64,000 nucleotides of DNA from a bacterium (GTDB lineage: Bacteria; Bacteroidota; Bacteroidia; CAILMK01; JACPUW01): assembly GCA_016124515.1 (NCBI GenBank), contig WGNN01000006.1:5638-69637 (forward strand), in the 5' to 3' direction. The notes under the pieces were generated by a model. It did not search any database, was not told the DNA's origin, and worked only from the letters and a program-made list of their open reading frames with translations. Both the position numbers and the translations under genes were made by a program. Position 1 is the first letter of the stretch. Each line of letters opens with the position of its first letter. Shown piece by piece: positions 38,495 through 47,800 of the stretch.

Positions 38495-38941
38495 ATGGAA
38501 TACCTAGGAAACAAAGAACTACTGAAACTAAAGAAAGTTTGTTTCTTATGCAGCAGAAAAATAGCTCCCAGTGCCATACTCAAGTGTTACGATTGGGCTA
38601 CGGATATGCGCAAAAAGCAGCAGTGCGTAATAATGGGTGCACACAGCCCTATAGAAAAAGATGTTTTCGACATTTTGCTCAAGGGTTCACAACCCCTTAT
38701 CTTGGTCTTGGCTAGGGGCATGAAAAGTGTTTGGAGCTCAGAAGTGCTTGATCAGATAAAAGCCGGAAGACTGTTGGTTATTGCCCCATTTGACAAAAAT
38801 GTAAAGCGTATAAGTAAGGAAACAAGTAAAAAAAGGAATGCGCTTCTTGTTTCGCTATCCGCCGAATTGGTTATCGGTTACCTTTCTACAAACAGCGATT
38901 TAAAAACACTCATTTCGGAAAGCCCATATATCATATTATAA
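38495..38941 (+). CDS. Standalone DprA/Smf-like Rossmann (SLOG-superfamily) domain protein
   Basis: 'VCFLCSRKIA' aligns with DprA 'VAIVGSRxAS'. 'CVIMGAHSPIEKDVFDILLKGSQPLILVLARGM' aligns with 'VVSGLARGIDAAAHRGAL..G.TIAVLGCG'. 'RNALLVSLSAELVI' aligns with 'RNRIISGLS..VVVVE'. Confidence 0.5.
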   Translation: MEYLGNKELLKLKKVCFLCSRKIAPSAILKCYDWATDMRKKQQCVIMGAHSPIEKDVFDILLKGSQPLILVLARGMKSVWSSEVLDQIKAGRLLVIAPFDKNVKRISKETSKKRNALLVSLSAELVIGYLSTNSDLKTLISESPYIIL

Positions 38942-38950
38942 CTAATCGAT

Positions 38951-39442
38951 ATGGACATTAGATTTAAAAATATAACCTTTACAAGCTTTTCACACCACAA
39001 ATCCACTCCTCATAATCCCCTCAATATGCACCTGACAAAATACCTCCCATTCATTAGCTTAAGCATGTTTTTGCTTCTCTCCACCAGCTGTGCCACTTCC
39101 TATCGTTTTAACCAAATACGGAGGTATGATGCAACCGGAAACTTACAAGACAGCCTTGAAAGGGACTTTGTTGTAAAAATAAATCCGCGCAAAAACTTGG
39201 TGGTTTTCCGGCTCGGGCAACAAAACATTGAATACTTGGCCAATGAAATCAGCTATAAATACCCGCCATTCACCTTTCGAAAGAAAAAATCCAATCGGCA
39301 GGGAGTGGCCATATATTTTGATAATAAGGACTACCTGTACATCAATTTCAATGGACCAAAAAAAACGGCCAACTCAGGTTATATTACCTTGCACGATTCA
39401 ACTGATATTTTGGGTTTTGGTTTGGCATTTGAAAAAGAATGA
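38951..39442 (+). CDS. Hypothetical secreted/lipoprotein
   Basis: Hydrophobic segment 'LPFISLSMFLLLSTSC' (lipobox-like 'STSC'). Confidence 0.4.
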   Translation: MDIRFKNITFTSFSHHKSTPHNPLNMHLTKYLPFISLSMFLLLSTSCATSYRFNQIRRYDATGNLQDSLERDFVVKINPRKNLVVFRLGQQNIEYLANEISYKYPPFTFRKKKSNRQGVAIYFDNKDYLYINFNGPKKTANSGYITLHDSTDILGFGLAFEKE

Positions 39443-39527
39443 TTTTTACGAAAAGCCAAATTTCGATTTAATTCTTCACCATAAATTCTTTAAGAAAAAA
39501 AATGCCTTAAGTTCGTCTTAAATAAGT

Positions 39528-40088
39528 ATGAAAAGGTATATGGAACCCGAAAACCACCACCGCAACGTTCGCCAATCGATGGTTGGTGAACTGCTTCAGT
39601 CAAAAAGAAAATCTGTTGATCACCTTACCGAATCAATCGCCAATTACAATGAAATTCTGGAATTTGTAAGGACTCCGGCGCTACTTCACCACATGAATGG
39701 CCTTATCGCATGGCTCATCAGATTTGTGGCTATGATACTTGGGTTGGCGTCAATACTTACATCTTTGCTTTTATTTTTCTCTAAAGCATGGCCCGACTCG
39801 TGGTGGCAAACCCTGCTTGCCAACGAAACCTTGGTGGGAAACGAACCTGTTGCAGAAGTCAAACTTGAAATGATGTTGGTATTCGTCTTTTTTGGTCTTA
39901 TTACCATGATTATTGGCTTATTACTCATCACTTTATCATGGCTAATTGGCTCAGTAAGAAACAGGTCAAAAACTATAAGGGATTTATCAATGGTTATTAC
40001 AGAAATGTTGTCGCACGAAAAAGACTTTTTAGAAAGCGAAAAAAACGCCTACTTAAACCTGAGCAAGGAATTAGACAATTGGACTTGA
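39528..40088 (+). CDS. Hypothetical membrane protein (3 TM)
   Basis: Three hydrophobic helices. No known motif. Confidence 0.4.
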   Translation: MKRYMEPENHHRNVRQSMVGELLQSKRKSVDHLTESIANYNEILEFVRTPALLHHMNGLIAWLIRFVAMILGLASILTSLLLFFSKAWPDSWWQTLLANETLVGNEPVAEVKLEMMLVFVFFGLITMIIGLLLITLSWLIGSVRNRSKTIRDLSMVITEMLSHEKDFLESEKNAYLNLSKELDNWT

Positions 40089-40158
40089 CTGTCATGAATT
40101 TAAGTCTAAGGATGAACTGTGTGTTTTGGGAAGGCCCCAAAATAAAATTTGACTCCCC

Positions 40159-40941
40159 ATGAACAAATTCCTACTACACCTGGCGTATGATGGAAGCGGT
40201 TTTCGTGGCTGGCAGCGACAAAAGGTGGTTGCTTCTGTGCAACAGACACTTGAAGAAAGCCTTTGCCGCGTGCTGGGCGAAACCGTAACCCTGCTGGGTT
40301 GTGGACGCACCGATGCGCAAGTGCATGCCTCGCAGTATTTTGCGCAGTTTACCTGCCGTGGCGCGGTTCCTGAAAAACTGGCCTTTATCCTGAATAAAAA
40401 CCTGCCTGAGAGCATCAGAATTTATGATGTGATAGCGGTTCCTGCCGGTTTCAATGTACTGCATCAAGCCACCTGCCGGCATTACCATTATTATTTCCAC
40501 ACGTTGCAAAATCCGTTTATACAAGCCTATAGCAGCTATTATACCTTTCCTACCTTTCAGCTTGAAAAGGCAGGGGAAGTGCTGGCACTATACAAGCAAT
40601 TCAACGACTTTAAAGCCTATTGCCTGACACCCGAAAAACACAACCACACGCTGGTAACGCTGGAAAATGCCACCATACAACACAACCCTCAAAACGGTTT
40701 GTATTGCATCCACTTTGCGGCCAAACGCTTTTTGAAAGGCATGGTAAGGGCTTTGGTTTATGATGTTTTGCAAGTGGCAAGCGGCCAAGTGGATTTGGAT
40801 GTTATTCTGCAAAAACTATCGGACAAAAACCGCACGCCCCACCTGCAATTGGCACATCCGCAGGGTTTGTATCTCAGCCAAATTGAATACCGTATTGAGG
40901 TTCCACCCCCACTCGTCGAGCCTATACGCATGCTGCTTTAG
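40159..40941 (+). CDS. truA: tRNA pseudouridine(38-40) synthase
   Basis: 'LHLAYDGSGFRGWQRQ' and the catalytic 'GCGRTDAQVHA' motif. Confidence 0.9.
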   Translation: MNKFLLHLAYDGSGFRGWQRQKVVASVQQTLEESLCRVLGETVTLLGCGRTDAQVHASQYFAQFTCRGAVPEKLAFILNKNLPESIRIYDVIAVPAGFNVLHQATCRHYHYYFHTLQNPFIQAYSSYYTFPTFQLEKAGEVLALYKQFNDFKAYCLTPEKHNHTLVTLENATIQHNPQNGLYCIHFAAKRFLKGMVRALVYDVLQVASGQVDLDVILQKLSDKNRTPHLQLAHPQGLYLSQIEYRIEVPPPLVEPIRMLL

Positions 40942-42755
40942 CCATTCCTGCGGCGCTTATTCTCTTCATTTACATTGAGTCTATACCGCATGGTGTCGCG
41001 CTTGAGCTCGGTATTTTGTTGGTCCAACACCGTCAATTGTTCTGATAGTTCGGGGTGTTTTATTATTTTATCAGCAATTATTTTATAGGCCAAATCGCGG
41101 GTAGCGGACAGTTTGTCGCGCTTTTTCAATACATGCAACATAGCCTGCAAAAGCCAATCCTTTCTTTGCTCTGCCGATACGCCTGTGGTGCTTTGTTTCT
41201 CCGCTTTCGCTTCGGAATCATCCAGCTCGCTGTGGCAGTTACGCACTTCGCGCTCCAACACCTCGTTTTCTATTATATTTTCAAAATATTTAGTTAAACA
41301 TTTGGTAGGTGCGTGCAGGTGCTGCCAACCATGCCACAGGCAACCTTGTCCTTGCTCAGGAAGGTTCAGGTAATCATGATAAATACTAGCCGCCGAAAAA
41401 TAATCCTTTTGGTGCTTATACCTATCTGCCGCCGACTCATAGCAACCGTTTGCTGAATCGTATTTTCCCATTTGTTTGTACAATTCGGCTGCTTTCATGT
41501 AGTCTTTCATTTCTACATAAAGTTCGGTGGCCTGCAACAGCATTTTCCCTTTTTCATAACATTCTGCTGCCTTCCTTTTGTCTTTCAGGTATTTCAAATA
41601 AACCGAAGCGGCCTCGGCATATTCCTTTCCGTTTTCCAGGGTTTGCGCGGCGCGTTTCGCATCTTTCAGCAATTTTAAATACACAAAGGCCGCCTTTTTA
41701 TAATCTCCAGCCGCAATCAGGTTTTTGGCAGTTTGCTCGTACTGTTCTCTCAATCGGTAAAATTCAGCACCCAAATTGATGCTCCTTCCCGAGCCATTTC
41801 CGCCTGCACCTGCGTTCAGGTTCAGACTGGGAAACAGCTCAAACAACCTGAAAAGCCCATTGTGCAAGTCATCACTTCCGCGTTGCAATCCTGATTCGTC
41901 AAGGGGAATGGCATATTTCAAGGCATTTGCCGGATCGTTCTTCAGCATCTCCATGAGTTTGTCAAGCTCTTTTTTGTTGCGCTCCAACAGGTCTTCATGG
42001 TCGGCTTCCATTTTATCAAAAAACTTGTTTATAAAATCGGGCATTATATTTTGAAGCCAAGCGGGTAGTTGTATGGTTCCCTTACCGCCTCCTTCTGTTC
42101 TTTTTTCCTTCCGCGAAAAAAGCTCATACATGCCCAAGCGAATTTTTTCCAATAAATTAAGGGGACGGTCTTGCAACTTTTCACCTTTATTATTATTGGG
42201 CCCCATCAGGTCCTCGAGCACTTTGTCGGGCTGCGGCGCTTCCAATACATAAGCATTTATTTTATGCGGAATAAATTCGCTATCCTCAGGAATGGTAATG
42301 TGGGCATCCGCCTCATTCAGGTGGATAAATTGGAGCCAATCAATTGGATTTTCCAACTCAAAAAGGCCGATTTCAGGATGCATCAAACTGGTTTTTCCCT
42401 TCAGCAATTCATCAAGTTCCTCGGTGGCAAGTTGTGGCCATAGCTCACTGTATTCAGCAATTAACAAATGCCGGTGCACGCGCAATACCCTTTGGTGGCG
42501 CCCCGCTCCTATGGTATTTTCAGTGCTTTTGGGTATTACAAGACAAGCCCACACCTTGTTGGCAACCGTACCGGGCAGGGCGTACACATCTATGTCCGAT
42601 AATGAAAATTCCATCTTTTGCAACTCTACGAGCCAATCCTGCATTTGTGCAGATTTTATTATAAAACCGGCTACGGAGTACCTGTTGTTTGGTGTAGGCT
42701 TAAGTGTGACTTGCATGTTTCCTGATATTAGTAATAAATGGAATATATACTTCAT
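40938..42755 (-). CDS. TPR-like/short helical-repeat protein (605 aa). Last gene of the MoxR-vWA operon.
   Basis: Four tandem ~27-aa repeats 'GDYKKAAFVYLKLLKD..', 'AEAASVYLKYLKDKRKAAECYEKGK', 'ATELYVEMKDYMKAAELYKQMGKYD', 'GCYESAADRYKHQKDYFSAASIYHDY'. Otherwise unassigned. Confidence 0.55.
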   Translation of the reverse strand: MKYIFHLLLISGNMQVTLKPTPNNRYSVAGFIIKSAQMQDWLVELQKMEFSLSDIDVYALPGTVANKVWACLVIPKSTENTIGAGRHQRVLRVHRHLLIAEYSELWPQLATEELDELLKGKTSLMHPEIGLFELENPIDWLQFIHLNEADAHITIPEDSEFIPHKINAYVLEAPQPDKVLEDLMGPNNNKGEKLQDRPLNLLEKIRLGMYELFSRKEKRTEGGGKGTIQLPAWLQNIMPDFINKFFDKMEADHEDLLERNKKELDKLMEMLKNDPANALKYAIPLDESGLQRGSDDLHNGLFRLFELFPSLNLNAGAGGNGSGRSINLGAEFYRLREQYEQTAKNLIAAGDYKKAAFVYLKLLKDAKRAAQTLENGKEYAEAASVYLKYLKDKRKAAECYEKGKMLLQATELYVEMKDYMKAAELYKQMGKYDSANGCYESAADRYKHQKDYFSAASIYHDYLNLPEQGQGCLWHGWQHLHAPTKCLTKYFENIIENEVLEREVRNCHSELDDSEAKAEKQSTTGVSAEQRKDWLLQAMLHVLKKRDKLSATRDLAYKIIADKIIKHPELSEQLTVLDQQNTELKRDTMRYRLNVNEENKRRRNG

Positions 42756-45273
42756 TTGCCAGTTCGCTCAAGCTTTCGGTTCTCAACTCGGTAAGATTTA
42801 CCGTGCGGTTTACCACCTCAATTTCGCATCTGTAGGTAGCGCTTTTCAGTTTTTTTGTTGCTTTCAGGGCTTTTTGTTCGTCTTGAAAATCGATATAATT
42901 CAGTCCGTTCTGCAAAGCTTGTTCCACTCTGTTTCGGGAATAGAAATCACCAAATTCATTGAGCAGTGTAACCATTGCCGCAAAATCGCGCACTTTAAAT
43001 TTTACTCTGTAAAGTGGTGTACTTTCAAAATAATCGTTGCCCCAAAATAGGGTGTCTGTAGCAAAGGCAAGAGGCATGTCAAGTATGGTTGGAATATAAA
43101 AAACGGGGATTTCCTTCATAGCACTTTTGCAAACCAAAAAGCCCTTTCTATTGAGAAACACCTCGCTCCCGTCGGTAAATGCAAAATGGTTGGGCGCCAC
43201 CATCGCGGCATTCTGTTGTTTTAAATCCATTTTGCTGCCGCGCAACACAAGGTATTCGTGGCTGCTGTTAGCATTCAATTCAAGCACATGGCCATTAAGC
43301 ACCAGATGGCCTTTTTCGTCGATGCCCAGGGTTTTCAGCTTTCGGATAGCAGAATTATTATTTGGATACAGGCTGTTTTTATGGTTTTTATAATAAGCCA
43401 AACGCTGTTGCACATGACTGTAATTGATCAAGGTATTTTCAGTAACCGTACCGTCAAGCGCTATTTTCCAGCCATTGGAAGCTCCGCTTTCCTGCATGTG
43501 GTAAAAGGCATCTTCAAAGAAAACAAAATGCCCCAAATCGCTTTTCCAATACCTGTTGAATTGCTTAAAATCCAAGGAAATATGCGTTTTCAAATGGTGG
43601 TTGATGAGCTCAATTGTTTTATCGTGTTCAGAAAAACTGAGCTGTACTACATGGCCTGCCGTGCTGCGCCCTACCTCATGAGCACCATAACTTCTGCAAT
43701 TTCCAATAAATTCATAACCTTTTAAATACCTGCCTGAAAGCACTCCTGCAAACCTGAACAAGCCCTGTTTTGTTACCGCAAAATATTCGTGGTCATTATT
43801 ATCTGTTATAATCAACTTGACGAAAATACCCGCTACGCTCAATAAAAACGGTGCGTCAAAATCATATAAATGTGCCGATTTATGCTGTGAGCTTACGGAT
43901 TCAGCTTTTGGCACCTTGCCGGCCCATTGCTTTTGCAGGTCAATTTGAAAATCCTGAAGATGTTGTTGCGATTTGCCCCTGAGGCGGTACACCGAAACCG
44001 CACCCGTACTATTTAGCAGCATTTTATAATGAATCAGGTGGCGGTATTCCTGCAACACGCGGTTCAGTTCTTCGCTTCTATACGCATCCCCCGAACTGAT
44101 GAAAAACACCTGTCGCGTGGCCGCATTGCTGTTTTCGCGCAAATATTTTTCAAGGGCTTGGGCCACGTGTAGTTGCGGACTCAGGCTGTATTGTGCTTCT
44201 ATTACCTGATCAACTGTTTTCATTTCCTGTGGCTTCGGCTCCTCGCCCAGCAAAATGGTTTGGCAGCGGTAGTTGTTGCGCGGGTGGTTTTCCATGGCAA
44301 GTGCCAGGGCCAAAGCTACCGTTTTGGGTACGCCCCAATTTCGAATACTTGTGTCTATTAGAAAAATGCGTTCGTGGGGATGGTCTTCAGGCGGCACTTC
44401 GCGCTCCATATACAGGGCTTCGTTGTTGGCCAAACGGCTCATAAAAGTCAATTCGTCGTGCGCATGTTCAGAAATGAGCAGTTGACTAAAATCGCCTTTA
44501 TTAGTAATATCAGCAAAACCACCAAGTGGCTGCAAACCCGGTTGAATATAATGGTATGGAATGCTTAAACCGCTCCAGATTGACTTGACCAAACTGCCCA
44601 CCTTATAGGCAATATGGTCTTGACAAAGTGATTCTATGAAATTGTCAGTTGCGGGCTTTTGCGAAGTCGAAGGCATTTCTATAGGTTCCATTTCCACCTG
44701 CGGCAGGTTGGCTATGGCATTCAAAATATCATCAACCGATTTGAACTTGCGCGACAAAATTTCCAATACCAAAAAATCATCATAAACCAAATAGGTATTG
44801 AAACTGGCGTCAGCAGGTGGTCGCCCGCCCACCGCTATTACTTTCAACTGCGCTGCCACAAAGGGCAGTTTTTTGGCAGAAAGGCCTTTGTGACTTTGAA
44901 AAAACAGCGCTTGCAACATACGCTTGCGTCCTTCGCCCGATTTGTATTGCGCGGGCAGTTGGTACAAAAGATGCAACAATTTATCGGTTTCTTCAAAATC
45001 AAAGGGCTTTTTGGTAAAAGCCATTGCCTCGTTTATGCGTTTTTTTACAACCAACATATCACTTGCTCCCTGATGGTTGGTGGCAATAATGGCCAATAAC
45101 AAAGCACCAAAGCGCGGCAAGCCATTGGGAAAACCACTTTGCAACACTTCAAGCACAAAAGCCGTATAAGCGATGGTATTTCCATTTCTAATAGAAATAG
45201 TTTGTCCGCTCACATCCCATGCCCAAAAATAATGCTGCATGGCTTCAAGGTATGTTTCCTCTCGCTTTTTCAA
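42700..45273 (-). CDS. Large (857 aa) protein with a putative vWA-like domain
   Basis: Candidate MIDAS-like strand 'ERIFLIDTSIRNWGVPKTVALALALA'. It pairs with the RavA-like ATPase in a tight operon. The domain call is tentative. Confidence 0.5.
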   Translation of the reverse strand: MKKREETYLEAMQHYFWAWDVSGQTISIRNGNTIAYTAFVLEVLQSGFPNGLPRFGALLLAIIATNHQGASDMLVVKKRINEAMAFTKKPFDFEETDKLLHLLYQLPAQYKSGEGRKRMLQALFFQSHKGLSAKKLPFVAAQLKVIAVGGRPPADASFNTYLVYDDFLVLEILSRKFKSVDDILNAIANLPQVEMEPIEMPSTSQKPATDNFIESLCQDHIAYKVGSLVKSIWSGLSIPYHYIQPGLQPLGGFADITNKGDFSQLLISEHAHDELTFMSRLANNEALYMEREVPPEDHPHERIFLIDTSIRNWGVPKTVALALALAMENHPRNNYRCQTILLGEEPKPQEMKTVDQVIEAQYSLSPQLHVAQALEKYLRENSNAATRQVFFISSGDAYRSEELNRVLQEYRHLIHYKMLLNSTGAVSVYRLRGKSQQHLQDFQIDLQKQWAGKVPKAESVSSQHKSAHLYDFDAPFLLSVAGIFVKLIITDNNDHEYFAVTKQGLFRFAGVLSGRYLKGYEFIGNCRSYGAHEVGRSTAGHVVQLSFSEHDKTIELINHHLKTHISLDFKQFNRYWKSDLGHFVFFEDAFYHMQESGASNGWKIALDGTVTENTLINYSHVQQRLAYYKNHKNSLYPNNNSAIRKLKTLGIDEKGHLVLNGHVLELNANSSHEYLVLRGSKMDLKQQNAAMVAPNHFAFTDGSEVFLNRKGFLVCKSAMKEIPVFYIPTILDMPLAFATDTLFWGNDYFESTPLYRVKFKVRDFAAMVTLLNEFGDFYSRNRVEQALQNGLNYIDFQDEQKALKATKKLKSATYRCEIEVVNRTVNLTELRTESLSELANEVYIPFITNIRKHASHT

Positions 45274-45980
45274 ACTGCCTTTTTCATAGTTTCAAGCGTT
45301 TTTTGCACCGAACTGCGGCTGAGCGCTTTGCACCAGGTTTGTTTAATAAGCAATTGCTGTGTAGGTGTAACTATAATAAAACCTGAGTCGCTACCTAGCA
45401 ATTTTTTCTTTACCAGAGGAAGCAATAGCGGCAACTGAGGCTGCCAACCGGGCGGAAACAAAAAGGCCTCTTGCTGCCAAAACACCTCGCCGGGAAGGGG
45501 TAGCGGCGGGTGGCCCAGCACAAGGGCTTTTTGCCCCAAAATGGTCCACTGCAAATGCCTGAATCGAAAGACCGGGTTGTGCCGCACATATTGCAACAAT
45601 AACTGTAAATCAACCAGTTGAGCAGCGGTTTCACAGGCGGTTTCGGCCCGCACCAATTGTACGAAAATGTTGTCTTGCAAGCCAAAAAAATGGTGGTTGT
45701 AGCCGCCCATTTCCACAGGCAAGGCGCGCGCTATGGGGCTAAACAACACATCGGGCATGCGCCGCTGACGCAATTTGCTGCCATAGTGCATGAGCCAACC
45801 CTGCTGTTCGCTATAGGCCACTAGGCCCGGAATTTTTCTAATAACGGGCGCTTGTATATCACTATCGGACAAGCCTTTGAGCCAATACAAATCGTGGTCG
45901 GAGCCCAGCATTACATGCGGCCAATGGCGGATATTGCCCAACATATCAACCTGCGTTTGGGGAATGCTTGCCAGTATCAT
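45270..45980 (-). CDS. Hypothetical protein (236 aa), operon partner of the MoxR ATPase
   Basis: 4-bp overlap with the downstream gene and direct abutment to the ATPase gene. No motif. Confidence 0.5.
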   Translation of the reverse strand: MILASIPQTQVDMLGNIRHWPHVMLGSDHDLYWLKGLSDSDIQAPVIRKIPGLVAYSEQQGWLMHYGSKLRQRRMPDVLFSPIARALPVEMGGYNHHFFGLQDNIFVQLVRAETACETAAQLVDLQLLLQYVRHNPVFRFRHLQWTILGQKALVLGHPPLPLPGEVFWQQEAFLFPPGWQPQLPLLLPLVKKKLLGSDSGFIIVTPTQQLLIKQTWCKALSRSSVQKTLETMKKAV

Positions 45981-47111
45981 TCAGACTTCTTGTAAAAGTT
46001 GTTTCCACAAGTTTTCCAGCTCATGTTGCAGTTGCTCGCGGTGTACCTCGTTGTGCAGCCAACTCACCCGGTTTTGTATAAACCGCAATTTGTCTTTCAA
46101 GGCATTTTTCTCGTCATAACCCGTTTGGCTTTCGGTCAACTTCTTTTTGATGAGTTCAATATCATGCAACAACTCTTCGGCAGAGGGCAATTGCTGTGCT
46201 TTTGCCCGTGGATGCGCAGGTCCGTCACTGTCTTTTTCAATAACCGATTGCACCATTCCTGCAAGTATTTCAATTTGATCTTCGGTGTCCCAAATGTATT
46301 TGAGCACCCACAAATCCGACAAAATTGCGCTGCTTCTTCCGCTGAGCAGAGCACTTGCCGCCACCAGGTTTTGCACTTTCACGGCGCGTCGGTCCGAAAC
46401 TTTTATGCCCGTATTGCGCAGGTTGTGCACCAGGTTAATGTAAGCCTTTTGCACCGGCATCAAATCCACTTTTCGCGCTTCCAATTGCAGGCTTTTAAGC
46501 TCATCAGGGGTAATGGTGGGCTGCTTTATTTGATCCGCATTTTCCAACTTCCAACCCGCCTGAAGCACACTTTCCAGCAAATCGGTGTCAACATAATTGC
46601 AGGGCACGCGAATCAAAAAGCGATCGAGCAGGGCTGCCAGCGATTCATCTTCGGGCAACAGGTTGCTTGCACCCACAAAAATGAGGGCGGGCAATTTGCG
46701 GGTTTCCTTACCGCGGCGAAAAATCCGCTCGTTAAGCGCCATGAGCAAGCTGTTGAGAATGGCGCTGTTGGCATTGAAAATTTCATCTAAAAACACCACG
46801 GAAGCTTCGGGCAACATGCCTTCAGTATTGGTTACCAAATCGCCTTCGCGCAGTTTCCTAATGTCAAACGGGCCAAATATTTCGTTGGGTTCGGTAAATC
46901 GTGTCAGTAGGTATTCAAAGTTTTTGCCCCCTTCCACACCATTGGCCAACTGCCGCACTATGGCACTTTTGGCCGTACCGGGCGGGCCCAACAGAAAGGC
47001 ATTTTCGCGGGCAACAAGCCCAATGCCCAGCAGGTCAATGATTTCGTCTTTGCCTACAAACGAATCTTTTACGTAAGCCAAAACGCTTTTCAGTTTTTCA
47101 ATTGCTTCCAT
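45981..47111 (-). CDS. RavA-like MoxR-class AAA+ ATPase
   Basis: Walker A 'AFLLGPPGTAKSAIVRQL'. 'FEYLLTRFTEPNEIFGP'. Walker B 'VVFLDEIFNANSAILNSLLMALNER'. Sensor region 'GASNLLPEDESLAALLDRFLIRV'. Confidence 0.9.
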   Translation of the reverse strand: MEAIEKLKSVLAYVKDSFVGKDEIIDLLGIGLVARENAFLLGPPGTAKSAIVRQLANGVEGGKNFEYLLTRFTEPNEIFGPFDIRKLREGDLVTNTEGMLPEASVVFLDEIFNANSAILNSLLMALNERIFRRGKETRKLPALIFVGASNLLPEDESLAALLDRFLIRVPCNYVDTDLLESVLQAGWKLENADQIKQPTITPDELKSLQLEARKVDLMPVQKAYINLVHNLRNTGIKVSDRRAVKVQNLVAASALLSGRSSAILSDLWVLKYIWDTEDQIEILAGMVQSVIEKDSDGPAHPRAKAQQLPSAEELLHDIELIKKKLTESQTGYDEKNALKDKLRFIQNRVSWLHNEVHREQLQHELENLWKQLLQEV

Positions 47112-47117
47112 TATTTA

Positions 47118-47735
47118 TTAGGTTAATGCATTGTTTTTCAAAAATTTATACTCATACATTCCGCTGTATTCACGCGCCAAGGAGCGCCAGGGTTCTTGTG
47201 CAAGCAAGTGGTTTTGATTGTGCTCCAATAGGCGGTCAAGTGCCAGTAAACGTAGCGCCGGATTCAGGTACAGCTCATCGCTTACTTGCTTGGCATCGCT
47301 TCTGAGCAAAGCGGTATAGCTGCACAAATCCACCTGTTTTATTAGAATTTCAACCAAAGGATCTTCGGAATCCAATAACCGCAAAGCCTTAATGAGTTGC
47401 GGTAAAAAACGCAGACAAAGGTCAGCCGACAACACTTCCTGCACGGGGACGGGTTCGCTGCGCAATGTCAGTTGTGCTTCAATGAGCTCCACATTTTCGT
47501 GGCGGTTGAGGTAGAAGTAGGCTGCCTGCGCCACCAAACGGGCAGCCCAAACCGCCGTTTCGCTGCAAAATGCGGGTGGATTTGCCGGATATTCCAGACA
47601 CTCGCGGGTGTATTCTGCCTGAAGAAAAGCGGCTACTGCGGTCTGCTCTTCCTTGGCAAAAGAGGGCATTTCGTGGCCAATATGCACTTCGGCAGTTTGG
47701 CGCAACTGATGCACAAATTCGCTAAACCCAATCAT
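47118..47735 (-). CDS. Hypothetical protein (205 aa). First gene of the MoxR-vWA operon.
   Basis: Its stop lies 6 bp upstream of the ATPase start. No motif. Confidence 0.5.
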   Translation of the reverse strand: MIGFSEFVHQLRQTAEVHIGHEMPSFAKEEQTAVAAFLQAEYTRECLEYPANPPAFCSETAVWAARLVAQAAYFYLNRHENVELIEAQLTLRSEPVPVQEVLSADLCLRFLPQLIKALRLLDSEDPLVEILIKQVDLCSYTALLRSDAKQVSDELYLNPALRLLALDRLLEHNQNHLLAQEPWRSLAREYSGMYEYKFLKNNALT

Positions 47736-47800
47736 TTTGCTTTATTTTGGCTATAAAAATATAGTTTAGCCCCCTTACCACCCAACATAAGCACAAAAGA

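Noticed and set aside
40938-47735. Bacteroides aerotolerance (batA-E / moxR-DUF58) operon
   Set aside because: The ATPase is RavA-type ('LLGPPGTAKS'), not MoxR-proper. No DUF58 gene is present, and partner sizes (236/857/605 aa) do not match BatA-E.
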